From contig CAVYYV010000004.1 of NCBI GenBank assembly GCA_963772815.1, positions 15,418 to 79,417 on the forward strand: a stretch of DNA of 64,000 nucleotides, written 5' to 3'. A model generated the notes under the pieces. That model worked only from the letters and a program-made list of their open reading frames with translations. It was not told where the DNA came from and made no database searches. The stretch comes from an uncultured Acidimicrobiia bacterium (GTDB lineage: Bacteria > Actinomycetota > Acidimicrobiia > Spongiisociales > ZC4RG35). This document shows, piece by piece, positions 39,322 through 49,667 of this stretch; the stretch's first letter is position 1; every line of letters starts with the position of its first letter. The translations under genes were made by a program, and so were the position numbers.

Positions 39322-40497
39322 ATGTCACTCGATCTCGCCAACGCAACCTTCCAGGGCTATCTCCGAGAGAACGGCCGCGTAGGTGTCCGCAACCACGTCC
39401 TGATCCTCTCCGTCGACGACATCTCCAATGCCGCCATCGAAGCGGTCGCAAACAACATCAAGGGGACCATCGCCATCCCCCACCCCTATGGCCGGCTTCA
39501 GTTCGGCGCCGACCTCGATCTGCACTTCCGCACATTGATCGGGACCGCATCGAACCCAAACGTGGCGGCGGCCGTGATCGTCGGGATCGAGGAGGAGTGG
39601 ACCGCCAAGGTCGTCGAGGGCGTCGCCGCCACTGGGAAGCCGGTCGCAGGGTTCGGCATCGAACGGCACGGAGACCACGACACGATCATGCGGGCCTCCA
39701 CCAAGGCGCAGGAGTTCGTCCACTGGGCCACCGTCCTCCAGCGCGAGGAGCGCCCGCTGAGCGACCTCTGGGTCTCGACCAAGTGCGGAGAGTCCGACAC
39801 GACGTCGGGGCTGGCGTCCAATCCCGCGGTGGGCAACATGTTCGACAAGCTGTACGAGCACGGGGTGACCATGGTCTTCGGTGAGACCACCGAGCTGACC
39901 GGTGGCGAGCACCTGGTGGCGGCCCGGTGCAAGACGCCGGAGATCCGGGAGCGGTTCCAGTTCATGTTCGACCGTTATCAGGATGTGATCGAGGCGCACA
40001 AGACGAGCGACCTGTCGGACTCGCAACCGACCAAGGGCAACATCGCCGGTGGCCTCACCACCATCGAGGAAAAAGCGCTCGGCAACATCCAGAAGATCGG
40101 CCGCACGTCGATGATCGACGGCGTGCTCGACAAGGCAGAGACGCCAACCGGGCCCGGCCTCTGGTTCATGGACTCCTCGTCGGCGGCCGCCGAGATGGTC
40201 ACGCTGTGCGCCGCCTCCGGCTTCACCGTTCACATGTTCACCACCGGTCAGGGGAACGTGGTGGGCAATCCGATCCTCCCGGTCATCAAGACGTGCGCCA
40301 ATCCACGTACGGTCCGCACGATGGGAGAGCACGTCGACACCGACATCACCGGCCTCCTCCGCAAGGAGATGACCATCGACGAGGCGGGTGATGCTTTGAT
40401 CGACATGACCCTCCAGACGGCGAACGGGCGGCTGACCGCTGCCGAGGTTCTCGGGCACCGGGAGTTCGTCCTCACCCGACTGTACGAGAGCGCGTGA
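39322..40497 (+). CDS. UxaA-family sugar-acid dehydratase large subunit (altronate dehydratase C-terminal domain)
   Basis: '[19 protein letters not shown]', '[14 protein letters not shown]', '[28 protein letters not shown]' match the UxaA/GarD family. AGGAGG RBS. Confidence 0.8.
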   Translation: MSLDLANATFQGYLRENGRVGVRNHVLILSVDDISNAAIEAVANNIKGTIAIPHPYGRLQFGADLDLHFRTLIGTASNPNVAAAVIVGIEEEWTAKVVEGVAATGKPVAGFGIERHGDHDTIMRASTKAQEFVHWATVLQREERPLSDLWVSTKCGESDTTSGLASNPAVGNMFDKLYEHGVTMVFGETTELTGGEHLVAARCKTPEIRERFQFMFDRYQDVIEAHKTSDLSDSQPTKGNIAGGLTTIEEKALGNIQKIGRTSMIDGVLDKAETPTGPGLWFMDSSSAAAEMVTLCAASGFTVHMFTTGQGNVVGNPILPVIKTCANPRTVRTMGEHVDTDITGLLRKEMTIDEAGDALIDMTLQTANGRLTAAEVLGHREFVLTRLYESA

Positions 40498-40585
40498 ACC
40501 TCCGGGTGGCGCCTCTCGACGGACGAGGTGGGTCGGTCGGACGAGCCGATCGAAGCTCATCGCCGAGCCCGGGGAGGGACCGCTG

Positions 40586-41416
40586 ATGCGTCACTCGTTC
40601 AAGGTTTGGGCTCAGCAGGCCGAGTGGGCCCAGCTGCGTGACATCTGGGTCGAGGCCGATCGGGGCGAATTCTGGGACATGGTGTGGCTCAACGACCACC
40701 TCTATCCACCCAAGTCCCCGTCGAGTCTTCCCATCATGGACGCCTACACGCTGTTCGGAGGCCTGGCGGCCGTGACCGAACGGTTGCGGTTCGGCACGAT
40801 GGTCACGGCCAACACCTTCCGTCACCCAGTCATCCTCGCCAAGCAGCTGGTGACCCTGGACCACATGTCCGACGGACGCCTCGAGATCGGAGTCGGTGCC
40901 GGTTGGCACGAAGGCGAGCACAAGGCGTTCGGGATCGATCTCCCGCCACTCGAAGAGCGCTTCGAGTTGCTCGACGAGACCTTCACCATCCTCCACGGGC
41001 TCATGACCGAGGAGGTGTTCAGTTTCCAGGGCAGGCATCGGACCATCCGGGACGCCCACTTCGAGCCCAAGCCGATCCAGCGACCACGGCCACCGTTCGT
41101 GATCGGTGGCAGCGGCCCCAAACGCACCATCCCGCTGGCCGCCAAGTGGGCAGATCAGTGGAACTATCCGGATTATGTGGGCAACCCCGAGGCGTTCGCT
41201 GCGTCGCTCGCGGTGCTCGACGCGGCTTGCGCGGCCATTGGTCGCGACCGCTCCGAGATCGAGGTGTCTGTCCAGTTCCGTTACTCGGGTGATCTCTCCC
41301 ACGCCCTGGATCTGGTGAGCGCGTACACCGAGTATGGCGCCGAACACATCCTCGTCAGCTTCACTCCACCGGCCGACCCATCGCTGCCGCCACTGCTGGC
41401 CGAAACCCTGGCCTGA
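40586..41416 (+). CDS. LLM-class F420-dependent oxidoreductase (luciferase-like monooxygenase family)
   Basis: 'LEIGVGAGWHEGEHKAFGIDLPPLEERFELLDETFTIL' is the LLM TIM-barrel signature. Confidence 0.8.
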   Translation: MRHSFKVWAQQAEWAQLRDIWVEADRGEFWDMVWLNDHLYPPKSPSSLPIMDAYTLFGGLAAVTERLRFGTMVTANTFRHPVILAKQLVTLDHMSDGRLEIGVGAGWHEGEHKAFGIDLPPLEERFELLDETFTILHGLMTEEVFSFQGRHRTIRDAHFEPKPIQRPRPPFVIGGSGPKRTIPLAAKWADQWNYPDYVGNPEAFAASLAVLDAACAAIGRDRSEIEVSVQFRYSGDLSHALDLVSAYTEYGAEHILVSFTPPADPSLPPLLAETLA

Positions 41417-41466
41417 TCGGGACTGAGGACCCTGTCGGTGCTCGGCCCGCGTGACACCATGGAAAC

Positions 41467-42459
41467 ATGCGGTCCCTATGGGTGTGGATCAGGATCTGGT
41501 GGGCTGTTGCCCTGGCCATAGTGCGGGCCCTCTCCCGTCGGGTCCGGTATGGACCGCTCGTCGCCGGATGGAGTTGGAGGATGGAGCTGCGGAGGGCGAC
41601 GATCTCGGCCCTGATCCTGGCCGGGACGGAGATCGGGGACGTGGAACGTTGGGCCGATCTCCGATTCGAGGCACCACTCCCGAGCAGGCTGCGCGGCGTA
41701 GTCACGGTGACCCCCGGCACGCTGAACCGCGTTCAGGGAGAGTGGCTGCGACTCCCCCAGCTTCCGGGTGACCGGCCGACGCTGCTCTACTTCCACGGGG
41801 GTGGCCATGTGATGGGAAGTCCCGGCATGGAACGCCCGCTCATCGCCGAGATCGCCGTCGCCGCCCGGGCCGACGCCTTCTCGGCCGACTATCGCCTCGC
41901 CCCCCGTCATCCCTTCCCGGCGGCCCTCGACGATGCAGTCGCCGCATACACGGGATTGCTCGAGGCGGGCACAGATCCACATCGGCTGGCGGTTGTCGGT
42001 GACTCCGCAGGAGGCAATCTCGCCGCAGCTCTGCTGGTAAGGCTCCGCGATGAGGGGCGCACCCTCCCGGCCGGAGCGGTGCTCTTCTCGCCATGGCTCG
42101 ATCTCGCCAACACGGGATCGACGCTTACCAGCAACGCAACCACCGACTATCTGCCGCCGATTGCCGACCGCCCCGCAACCGAGTACCTGGACGGAACCGA
42201 TCCCACCCACCCGCTGGCGTCGCCGCTCTACGCCGATCCGGTCGGGCTGCCCCCGATGCTGGTGCTGGCCGGAGGTGCCGAGATGCTGCTCGATGACGCC
42301 ACCCGCTTCGTCGAGAAGGCGCGCGCCGGCGGCGTTGACATCACCTTTCACGTCGAGCCCACGATGTTCCACGTCTGGCCCGCCGTCGTACCTCGTGAGC
42401 CGGCATCGCGGCGCGCCATCCTGCTGGCGGGAGACTGGATCGGGCGGCACGTGGTCTGA
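41467..42459 (+). CDS. Alpha/beta-hydrolase esterase/lipase of the HSL (hormone-sensitive lipase, family IV) type
   Basis: 'LLYFHGGGHVMGSP' oxyanion HGGG motif and 'GDSAGGNLAA' nucleophile motif. True start may be downstream (~41581). Confidence 0.75.
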   Translation: MRSLWVWIRIWWAVALAIVRALSRRVRYGPLVAGWSWRMELRRATISALILAGTEIGDVERWADLRFEAPLPSRLRGVVTVTPGTLNRVQGEWLRLPQLPGDRPTLLYFHGGGHVMGSPGMERPLIAEIAVAARADAFSADYRLAPRHPFPAALDDAVAAYTGLLEAGTDPHRLAVVGDSAGGNLAAALLVRLRDEGRTLPAGAVLFSPWLDLANTGSTLTSNATTDYLPPIADRPATEYLDGTDPTHPLASPLYADPVGLPPMLVLAGGAEMLLDDATRFVEKARAGGVDITFHVEPTMFHVWPAVVPREPASRRAILLAGDWIGRHVV

Positions 42460-42508
42460 TCGATGTCGCTCGGCCATTGGCAGGTGCCGTCCGGTCGAGG
42501 TGCCGGAA

Positions 42509-43381
42509 CTACTGCAGAGCGATCAGCACGACTCCCGAGATGACGAGGCCGACCGACCCGACCAGGGCACCATCGATGTGCTCGTCGCCCTTGAGGAACA
42601 TCAGGCTGAGCATGATGGTCCAGATCCCCTGCGTGGACTGGAGGATGCCCACCACCCATGCCTCCAGGTAGGTGAAGGCGGTGTACTGGCTGAGCAGGGC
42701 GGCGGAGGTTGAGATACCCGCTGCCACGAACCACCACGACGGTGAGCCGAAGTTGGACCGGGCCCTTTCGGCCAGCTTGCCGCGAACGGCGTCGATCAGC
42801 ACGATCACCAGGTAGGCGGAAGCGGCCCCGATGAACGCCCCGATCACCGACGAGTCGAACCGCTCGAGCCCCCACTTCCGGAACACGAAGGCGAGACCGA
42901 ATGAGGCCGGCGCCCCGGCGGCGATGAGGTAGTGGAACAACGGAGCCTTCCCGGCGCCGGAAGAGTCGCCCGACCTCGCCTTGATCAGCCAGAGCAGCCC
43001 GGCCACGACGATCGTGCCACCGAGCAGCTCGATCGGGGTGAGCGTCTCGTCCAGTGCCAGCCATCCGGCCAAGGCGGCCACCGCCGGCGCCCCCGTCATG
43101 AAGGCATTCGAACGGCTGGGACCGATCAGGCGCACCGCCCGCAACAGCGCCGTTCGTCCACCCACGGTGCCGATCACGCCACCGATGATGAAGGCGATCA
43201 TCGCCGGCGTGTCCCAGGTGGGCCAATCCACCAGCGTGGCGTAGATGCCGAGGATGATCACGTTGACCAGCACCGACATGAACACACCGTCGTCGTCGGG
43301 ACGGGTGCGCTGACCGACCCGCACCAGGATCGACGTCAACGAGAAGCAGATGGCGGCGGCGAGGCCGAAGACGATCCCCAT
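42509..43381 (-). CDS. EamA/DMT-superfamily transporter
   Basis: 10-TM pattern in two EamA halves. Confidence 0.8.
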   Translation of the reverse strand: MGIVFGLAAAICFSLTSILVRVGQRTRPDDDGVFMSVLVNVIILGIYATLVDWPTWDTPAMIAFIIGGVIGTVGGRTALLRAVRLIGPSRSNAFMTGAPAVAALAGWLALDETLTPIELLGGTIVVAGLLWLIKARSGDSSGAGKAPLFHYLIAAGAPASFGLAFVFRKWGLERFDSSVIGAFIGAASAYLVIVLIDAVRGKLAERARSNFGSPSWWFVAAGISTSAALLSQYTAFTYLEAWVVGILQSTQGIWTIMLSLMFLKGDEHIDGALVGSVGLVISGVVLIALQ

Positions 43382-43399
43382 CGGCGCTAGGCTAGCGCA

Positions 43400-43411
43400 G
43401 CAATCGATTGC
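43400..43411. promoter_or_regulatory. Perfect 12-bp palindrome GCAATCGATTGC in the divergent EamA / MBL promoter region
   Basis: 'cagcaatcgattgcagg'. Confidence 0.3.
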
Positions 43412-43705
43412 AGGACGTCTGATGTTCGCTCATTCATACGGTCGCCGCCGCCGAACCGGCCGCGCCCGACCGTAAGTGCGTCGGAGGCATCGGTATCAGC
43501 GAGGTCAGTAAGTGGCAGGATGAGGCCCTCGCAGAGGCTGCGCCTGCGACGGTCGACGGGTAGAGGTGCCGGTTGCAACTGGCCGCGGACACCCGAGCGG
43601 CAAGATCGGGGGACGTGTCTGCTGCCCAGACACTACCCACCGTCGATATGCTCTCCCGTCTCAGCGGTCGAGACGCAGACCTCCGACCCGGTCAGGAACG
43701 AGTAG

Positions 43706-44587
43706 ATGCAGGACCTATCCTTCATGGCCGCCGCCGAGGCCGCGATGGCTCGACCGAAGGGGCGGCCCTGGAGCCCCGACCTGACAGCCATCCGGGCTGC
43801 GGCGCGTATGGTCCCGGGGCACCGTCCGCACCGGGTCAACGCCGTCAAGGTGGCGGAGAGCCATCGGCCCAAGAGTGTCGCTTACGAAGGCGGGCCCGAC
43901 ACTACGACCGTGTTCGCCCGAACTGCATACCAGATCATGTACCGGGACGGCCACGTGATGCTCGAGGCCGGCATGGACAGGGAGATCCATGCGACATTCG
44001 GGAAGGGGAGCGACGAGCCCTACTTTCCAGAGGAGAATGCCCGGGTTCAGGAGGCACTGAGGACGTCGATTTTCAACATCGTGACCCACGAGCATGGTGA
44101 CCACATCGCCGGCGTGGTGCGCACCGACTTCCTCGAGGAGATCGCCCCCAAGACGCTCCTTACCGCGGTGCAGGCGTGGGCGCTCGTGGTGCAACCGCAG
44201 CGGCCGCAGCTGGGGATCACGGCCGAGTTGGCCGCCCAATACAGGGTCTTCGACTACGAGGACTACCTGCCCTTGGCCGCCGGCATGGTCGTCATCAAGT
44301 CGGCGGGCCACACACCCGGCTCACAGATGGTCTACGTCGAAACCGAGGCGGGCACCGAGTACCTCTTCGTCGGAGACTGCGCCTGGCACATGGACGGGAT
44401 CATCGGGTGTAAGCAGAAGAATGCCCCGTGGATCGACGAAGACCACGCGTCGATCATGAACCAGCTGCAATGGCTCAACGGGATCCACGGCTCCGAATCC
44501 GACATCACGATCGTGGTCGGGCACGACGACGAGCAGCTCGCCAGGTACCGAGCTGCTGCTCTACTCGGATCGGAGCTGGAGCTCTAG
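43706..44587 (+). CDS. MBL-fold metallo-hydrolase
   Basis: 'IVTHEHGDHIAG' HxHxDH motif. Confidence 0.8.
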   Translation: MQDLSFMAAAEAAMARPKGRPWSPDLTAIRAAARMVPGHRPHRVNAVKVAESHRPKSVAYEGGPDTTTVFARTAYQIMYRDGHVMLEAGMDREIHATFGKGSDEPYFPEENARVQEALRTSIFNIVTHEHGDHIAGVVRTDFLEEIAPKTLLTAVQAWALVVQPQRPQLGITAELAAQYRVFDYEDYLPLAAGMVVIKSAGHTPGSQMVYVETEAGTEYLFVGDCAWHMDGIIGCKQKNAPWIDEDHASIMNQLQWLNGIHGSESDITIVVGHDDEQLARYRAAALLGSELEL

Positions 44588-44718
44588 GGCCGAGCCGGGC
44601 GCACCCGCGCCTCGCGTGTTGAGCGGGAAGGTCTGTTCATCCGTTCGGCGTTGGTGAGCCTCGGTGCCAAACGAGACCGCCATTCGGCCCCTGGCCGTCC
44701 CTGCCTCCCGCCCATCTC

Positions 44719-44730
44719 GCAATCGGTTGC
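44719..44730. promoter_or_regulatory. Near-palindrome GCAATCGGTTGC upstream of cupin-nitrilase operon
   Basis: 'ctcgcaatcggttgcact', one mismatch from the palindrome. Confidence 0.25.
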
Positions 44731-44762
44731 ACTAAGAGGTGGTGACGGTGTAGGTTTCGGTC

Positions 44763-45134
44763 ATGCCCTCGGTGATACACCGCTCCGAGTTGCCCAAGAT
44801 CCGCTCCACCCGCGACGGGCGGGATCGAGTCGACTTGGTTACCGAGGAGCTGTTCGGCTTCAGCGATGTCCGGGCAGACCACATCACCTACCATCCCGGC
44901 GACACCGCCGCCGCCCACTACCACGTGGGGGCGAAGCACCTGTTCTTCATCGACGGCGGTGCCGGTGTCCTCCACCTCGACGATCGCACCTTCGAGCTCG
45001 AAGAGGGCGACGTGGCCTTCGCCGACGAGGGAGAGGTGCACTGGTTCGAGAACCCTGGCGAGGAGGTGTTCTCCTTCTACGAGCTGTGGGTGCCCGCACC
45101 CCGGGAGACCGTGTGGGTGACCGGCGACCAGTGA
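44763..45134 (+). CDS. Cupin-domain protein
   Basis: 'ITYHPGDTAAAHYH...HLFFIDGGAGVLHLDD...EGDVAFADEGEVHWFEN' cupin motifs. Confidence 0.7.
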   Translation: MPSVIHRSELPKIRSTRDGRDRVDLVTEELFGFSDVRADHITYHPGDTAAAHYHVGAKHLFFIDGGAGVLHLDDRTFELEEGDVAFADEGEVHWFENPGEEVFSFYELWVPAPRETVWVTGDQ

Positions 45135-45164
45135 ACATGGGAACGGGTGACGTGAGTTCACGTC

Positions 45165-46217
45165 ATGGGTGACACGGAAGCGGTGGTCAAAGGTGCGGTG
45201 GTGCAGGCCGCTCCCGTCTTCTTGGATCGGGAGGCCACGACGGAGAAGGCAATCGGGCTTATCGAGGAGGCTGGATCGAGCGGGGCCGAGATCGTCGCTT
45301 TCCCTGAGGGCTTTATCCCCGCCCACCCGATCTGGTTCCACTTTCATTCTGGAACCGACCGCATCTCCACCGCTCTGTCGGTGGAGCTGTTCCAGAACTC
45401 GGTCGAGGTTCCCGGCCGGGAGGTGGAGGCGCTGGCGGCCGCCTCCACCCGCGCCGGCGTCTACGTGGTGATGGGGGTGTGCGAGAAACTCCCCGGAACG
45501 TTCGGCACCATGTACAACACCCAGGTGTTCATAGACCCCGAGCGGGGCTTTGTGGGCAAGCACCAGAAGCTGGTGCCCACGGTGGGAGAGCGGCTGGTTC
45601 ACCGTCCCGGTGGCCCCGAGACATTCGGTGTGTTCGGTTCTCGGTTCGGACCGGTGTCGGGACTGATGTGCGGGGAGAACTCGAACCCCCTGGCCATCTT
45701 CGCCCTTACCGCCGAGGCGACCCGGATCCACGTCATGTCCTGGCCCAACCACTTCCCCAAACCGGCCCTTCCCATGCCCGAGATCTCCCTTACCGCCGCA
45801 AAGGCGTTCGCGCAGATGTCGAAGGCGTGGGTGCTGAGCGCCTCGGCGGTAGTCGACGATAGGGTTCGGGAGATGGTCCCCGGTGGGGACGACGACCTCG
45901 AGTTCCTGGCTCGGGAAGACATCGGTGGCGGCTCCTGCATAGTCGCCCCCGACACTCGGGTGGCGGCGGGACCGGTAGTCGGAAACGAAGAGCTGATCCT
46001 CTACGCCGACATGGATCTGGAGGTGGGTGTGAGGATGAAACTCCGCCACGACCTCGCCGGCCATTACAACCGCCCCGACGTGTTCCGCCTCCTCGTCAAC
46101 CGGAGCGCAGCCCCCCTCATTCATACGTTCGCCGCCGACGAACTGGCTGCGCCCGACATCCCGGTGCTGGAGCAGGAGGCGCCGATGGTGCTCGAGGTCC
46201 GGGAGCTACCGGACTAG
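45165..46217 (+). CDS. Nitrilase/cyanide hydratase (carbon-nitrogen hydrolase superfamily)
   Basis: 'AEIVAFPEGFIP' (Glu), 'VGKHQKLVPT' (Lys), 'LMCGENSNPL' (Cys) catalytic triad context. Confidence 0.8.
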   Translation: MGDTEAVVKGAVVQAAPVFLDREATTEKAIGLIEEAGSSGAEIVAFPEGFIPAHPIWFHFHSGTDRISTALSVELFQNSVEVPGREVEALAAASTRAGVYVVMGVCEKLPGTFGTMYNTQVFIDPERGFVGKHQKLVPTVGERLVHRPGGPETFGVFGSRFGPVSGLMCGENSNPLAIFALTAEATRIHVMSWPNHFPKPALPMPEISLTAAKAFAQMSKAWVLSASAVVDDRVREMVPGGDDDLEFLAREDIGGGSCIVAPDTRVAAGPVVGNEELILYADMDLEVGVRMKLRHDLAGHYNRPDVFRLLVNRSAAPLIHTFAADELAAPDIPVLEQEAPMVLEVRELPD

Positions 46218-46296
46218 ACCCGGATCGCTCCTTGGGTCGGGCTTGGCGCGCACTACCGGCTCATCGTGCATCCCGCAGGGATTTCCCAGTCGATTC

Positions 46297-46352
46297 GCGG
46301 GGCCGAGAACGCAGCGGGTGGTGATGCATGGTCGTCAAGACCGGTGACATGG
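46297..46352. repeat. ~55-bp repeat (copy A) shared with 49428-49480
   Basis: 'cggggccgagaacgcagcgggtggtgatgcatggtcgtcaagaccggtgacatgg' vs 'cggggccgggaacgcagcgggtgccgatgcatggtcgtcaagacgggtgacatga'. Confidence 0.4.
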
Positions 46353-46418
46353 CGATTCTGCTTTCGAGGCGGGAGGGGTTCGCTAAAGGGTGCCGATGCG
46401 TGGCGACGTGGACTTCTC

Positions 46419-48166
46419 CTAGCCGGAGGGGATGACGGGGATGATCAGGCGACTGGGCGTCTCGGGTCCCAGGTGGACTGTTGTGCGACCCCCGAAGACC
46501 TCGGCCGGACGATCAGATGGATCATCATGGAGGAATGGACCGCAACCCGAAAACCTGTTCTTGAAGCTGCCGATCACCTCGGCATCAGTGTCCTCGTCAC
46601 CCTCGTACCGGTAATCATGGCCCAGCACGGACAGGCCGATTCGGTACCCCGGGGGCACCACGATGCTGGTCGGCCAGATCTCTATGTCCAGTTGCACAGG
46701 GTTCCCGGGAGTGAGCGGCATTACCTCATCGTGGGTGTGAAAAGGTCGCCAGGGGAGCGATCGTTCCGGGTCGAGCTTGCGATGAGACGCCCGCAACCAT
46801 CCCTGCGCAATCGGAGTATGGGGGTCCAGGGCGCCCTGGAAGGTGACTTCGTCCCCGTCCGGACCGAACAGGCGCACCACCAAAAAGACGTCGGCGTCGG
46901 TAGTCGACGACGAGATCCAGAGGCGCGCCGCCAGGGGCCCGGTCAACTCGGTCTCGGAGTGGAACGGGGTTGTGATGAAGGTCAGCCCCTCTCCCAGAGC
47001 ATCGAAGGACGACGCGTTGGGCTGATCTTCGGCTTCCCTCGAGAGCCCTCCATCCCCCCGAAGGAATAGAGAGGTCCATTGCGTGCGCGGTATTGGCCAA
47101 TCATCCTCTGCCCGAGGCTCGAAGCCATCGACGTGGCGGATCTGAAGCCACAGCCGCGGTTGAGATTCCCAGTCGCCTTCGTCTTTCAGGAAATAGTCGA
47201 AGAATCTCTTCTGAAGGCCACGCCCGTAGTCCGTGTAGAAATGGGTCCAATGCTCGATGCCGTGCATCTCGAGCCATTTCTGAGAAGACGCCGCCTGACG
47301 GAAGCCCTCGATGTTTCCTCGCAGATGAAGGCCTTGCCCACCCCAGTTGCCGGCCGACAACAGAGGCACCGTCACGTTTTCCCACCGGGGAGATCGATCA
47401 CGGTGAAAGGAGTCGTCGAGGGGGTGGTTGCGGATTTCCGCCCCGAGGTCGGAGCGGTGGTCCTCGAGTTCGTCCTCGTCCAGGGTTTCGTCGCCACAGA
47501 TGAGCTGACCGGTTGAGGGATTGCGGCCGTCCCGTTCACCCAAGCCGTACTGCACGGTCTTGACCTGCATGTCGTACCAGTTCTCCCAGAACGTCGAGAG
47601 TATCCCGCCGTGACGGGTCATGTCGCGATAGAAGTCTTCTGCTCCTTCCCAGACGCACATTGCGGTCAGGTGAGGGGGCTGCAGCGAGGCCACATGCCAT
47701 TGGTTGATGGCGTAATAGGAGATCCCGTTCAGTCCCACCTTTCCATTCGACCACGACTGGCGGGCGGCCCACTCGATGCACTCGTACAGGTCCCTCGTCT
47801 CTCGGGGAGAAAAATGGTCGATGTATCCCGGCGACCGCCCAGTTCCCGCGAATCCACTCGTACGCACACGTAGCCGTACGGCACCCACTTCTCGGGGTCG
47901 GCCACTTCCCACGCCTGATATGCGTTGGACGAGCCGGCCGTCACGTCGGGATGCCCGTCTGCCATCCGGTTCCATTGGTCCGGATAACCCACTTGAAACG
48001 GCAGCCCCTTGGCGTATGGGCCGTAGGTGAGAATGGTCGGGTATCGACGGTGTGCCTCGGGTCGGAATACGTCGGCCCGCAAGACGAGATCGTCGTCCAT
48101 TGTGATCGGCACGTCCCAGTCGATTCGCATTCCGTCCCGTACCTCGGTCTTGAAAAGGTCTGTCAT
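46419..48166 (-). CDS. CocE/NonD-family alpha/beta hydrolase (X-Pro dipeptidyl-peptidase S15-like); frame break near 47840-47870 between ORF 47729..48307 and ORF 46419..48236
   Basis: N-terminus 'MTDLFKTEVRDGMRIDWDVPITMDDDLVLRADVFRP...YPTILTYGPY' reaches 'VRVDSR' in one frame, then 'GTGRSPGYIDHFSPRE...GISYY' in the other. C-terminal PepX_C beta-sandwich. Confidence 0.75.
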
Positions 48167-48303
48167 ATCCCCAGATTGTCGCGCGTCTCGCGTCCTCGGG
48201 AGATGGTCGTCGAGAGAGATGATGCCTCGTCGGCACCCTGAGGATGCCGGGGCTTCCCAGAGGAGATCGATGACTGGCAGCGGGGGAGATAATCTGAGGC
48301 CGG

Positions 48304-49302
48304 TCACCCGACCTTCATCAGCACCTTGAGACTGGCGGAATCCCTCACCAGGTCAAAAGCCCGGGCGGCGTCCTCCAGCGTCAGTACATGCGACACGATG
48401 TCATCCAGCCGGAGAGCACCGGTTGCCGCCAGGGCTATACCGTCCTCGTAGTCGGCGGGAATTGCTGCGCGAGGATTGTGCACCGTCAGCTCCTTGCGAT
48501 ACAGCTCGTAGTAGGGCAGTCCCAGACTTCCCTCGGTCAGGGTTCCGAACACCATTAGATCTCCGCCCGTGCCTGCCAGCGAGACGGCTTCGCTCAGCGT
48601 GGCCTCGGTGCCGACGGCTTCCACGACGACCTGGGGACCCCGGCCGGAGGTGACGTCGGCCAGCGCTGCGACGGCCTCAGAAGGTTCCGCTGCCACAGCG
48701 ACGCCGTTGTCAATGGCGAGCCGCCTCTTCCACTCGGAACGAGTTATGCCCACCACCTGCATTCCCATCATCGTCAGCAGCTGGGCGATCAGTTGGCCGG
48801 AGACTCCCAGGCCGATCACCGCTGCCACCCCACCCGGAAATGGGTTGACGCGTTTGCAGGCATGAACACACGTCCCGAGCACTTGCAGCAGGCCTGCTGC
48901 ACGGTCCGAGATGTTGTCAGGCACGGGGATGAGCCGGCTGACAGGTGCGGCAACATACTGGGCGAATACACCGTCGACGTCGCGTCCCAGCAGACCACCG
49001 TTGATGCAGAGGTTGGGCTTCCCGGCTCGGCAGAGGTGACACCATCCGCAGGCGACGCACGGATCGACCAAGACCCGCTGTCCGTCTTGGTACGGTGCTC
49101 CCTGGGGAGCGGAGACCACCTCACCCACCACCTCATGGCCCATGATCCGCGGATACTCCACCGGTATCTTGCCGCCGAAGATCTTGGTGTCGGTTCCGCA
49201 AATTCCCACTTGATGAACCTGGACCACCACCCGGTCCGAGGGCGGTTCTGGGACTTCAGAGACGGCCAGTACACCCGGCTCCATCACACGCACTGCTCTC
49301 AA
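48304..49302 (-). CDS. Zinc-dependent alcohol dehydrogenase (MDR; threonine/sorbitol dehydrogenase-like)
   Basis: 'VGICGTDTKIF', 'GHEVVGEV', structural Zn Cys cluster 'CVACGWCHLCRAGKPNLC', Rossmann 'VIGLGVSGQL'. Alt (TTG) start in ORF track; true start may be the ATG at 49284. Confidence 0.8.
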   Translation of the reverse strand: MRAVRVMEPGVLAVSEVPEPPSDRVVVQVHQVGICGTDTKIFGGKIPVEYPRIMGHEVVGEVVSAPQGAPYQDGQRVLVDPCVACGWCHLCRAGKPNLCINGGLLGRDVDGVFAQYVAAPVSRLIPVPDNISDRAAGLLQVLGTCVHACKRVNPFPGGVAAVIGLGVSGQLIAQLLTMMGMQVVGITRSEWKRRLAIDNGVAVAAEPSEAVAALADVTSGRGPQVVVEAVGTEATLSEAVSLAGTGGDLMVFGTLTEGSLGLPYYELYRKELTVHNPRAAIPADYEDGIALAATGALRLDDIVSHVLTLEDAARAFDLVRDSASLKVLMKVG

Positions 49303-49427
49303 GACGGCTCCTCTGAGTGGGTGAACGAGATCCTACGGGTCTGTTGGATGATGCCGTTCCTTGGATCAGCGGCCAGGCGCGCCGGGCGCTAGGCCGAGGC
49401 TTCGCCACTTCCCGTATCGGAATGGCG

Positions 49428-49480
49428 GGGCCGGGAACGCAGCGGGTGCCGATGCATGGTCGTCAAGACGGGTGACATGA
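49428..49480. repeat. ~55-bp repeat (copy B), ~125-180 nt upstream of the ADH gene on the minus strand
   Basis: See copy A. Confidence 0.4.
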
Positions 49481-49667
49481 CCTGGAGCCGATGGCGGTGA
49501 GGCAGTGCCCAAGGTGAGCGACCAGCTCCTGTCCCGGCTCGAAAACTGCCTGAGAAGATGTTGGCGGAGCCGCAGTCAGCCGAGCGGGTCGATCGAAGCC
49601 CGGGTGTTCCCCATGGCCATCTACGAGGCGGCAGCATCACCGCCCCTGATCGGCATATTCCGCACCA

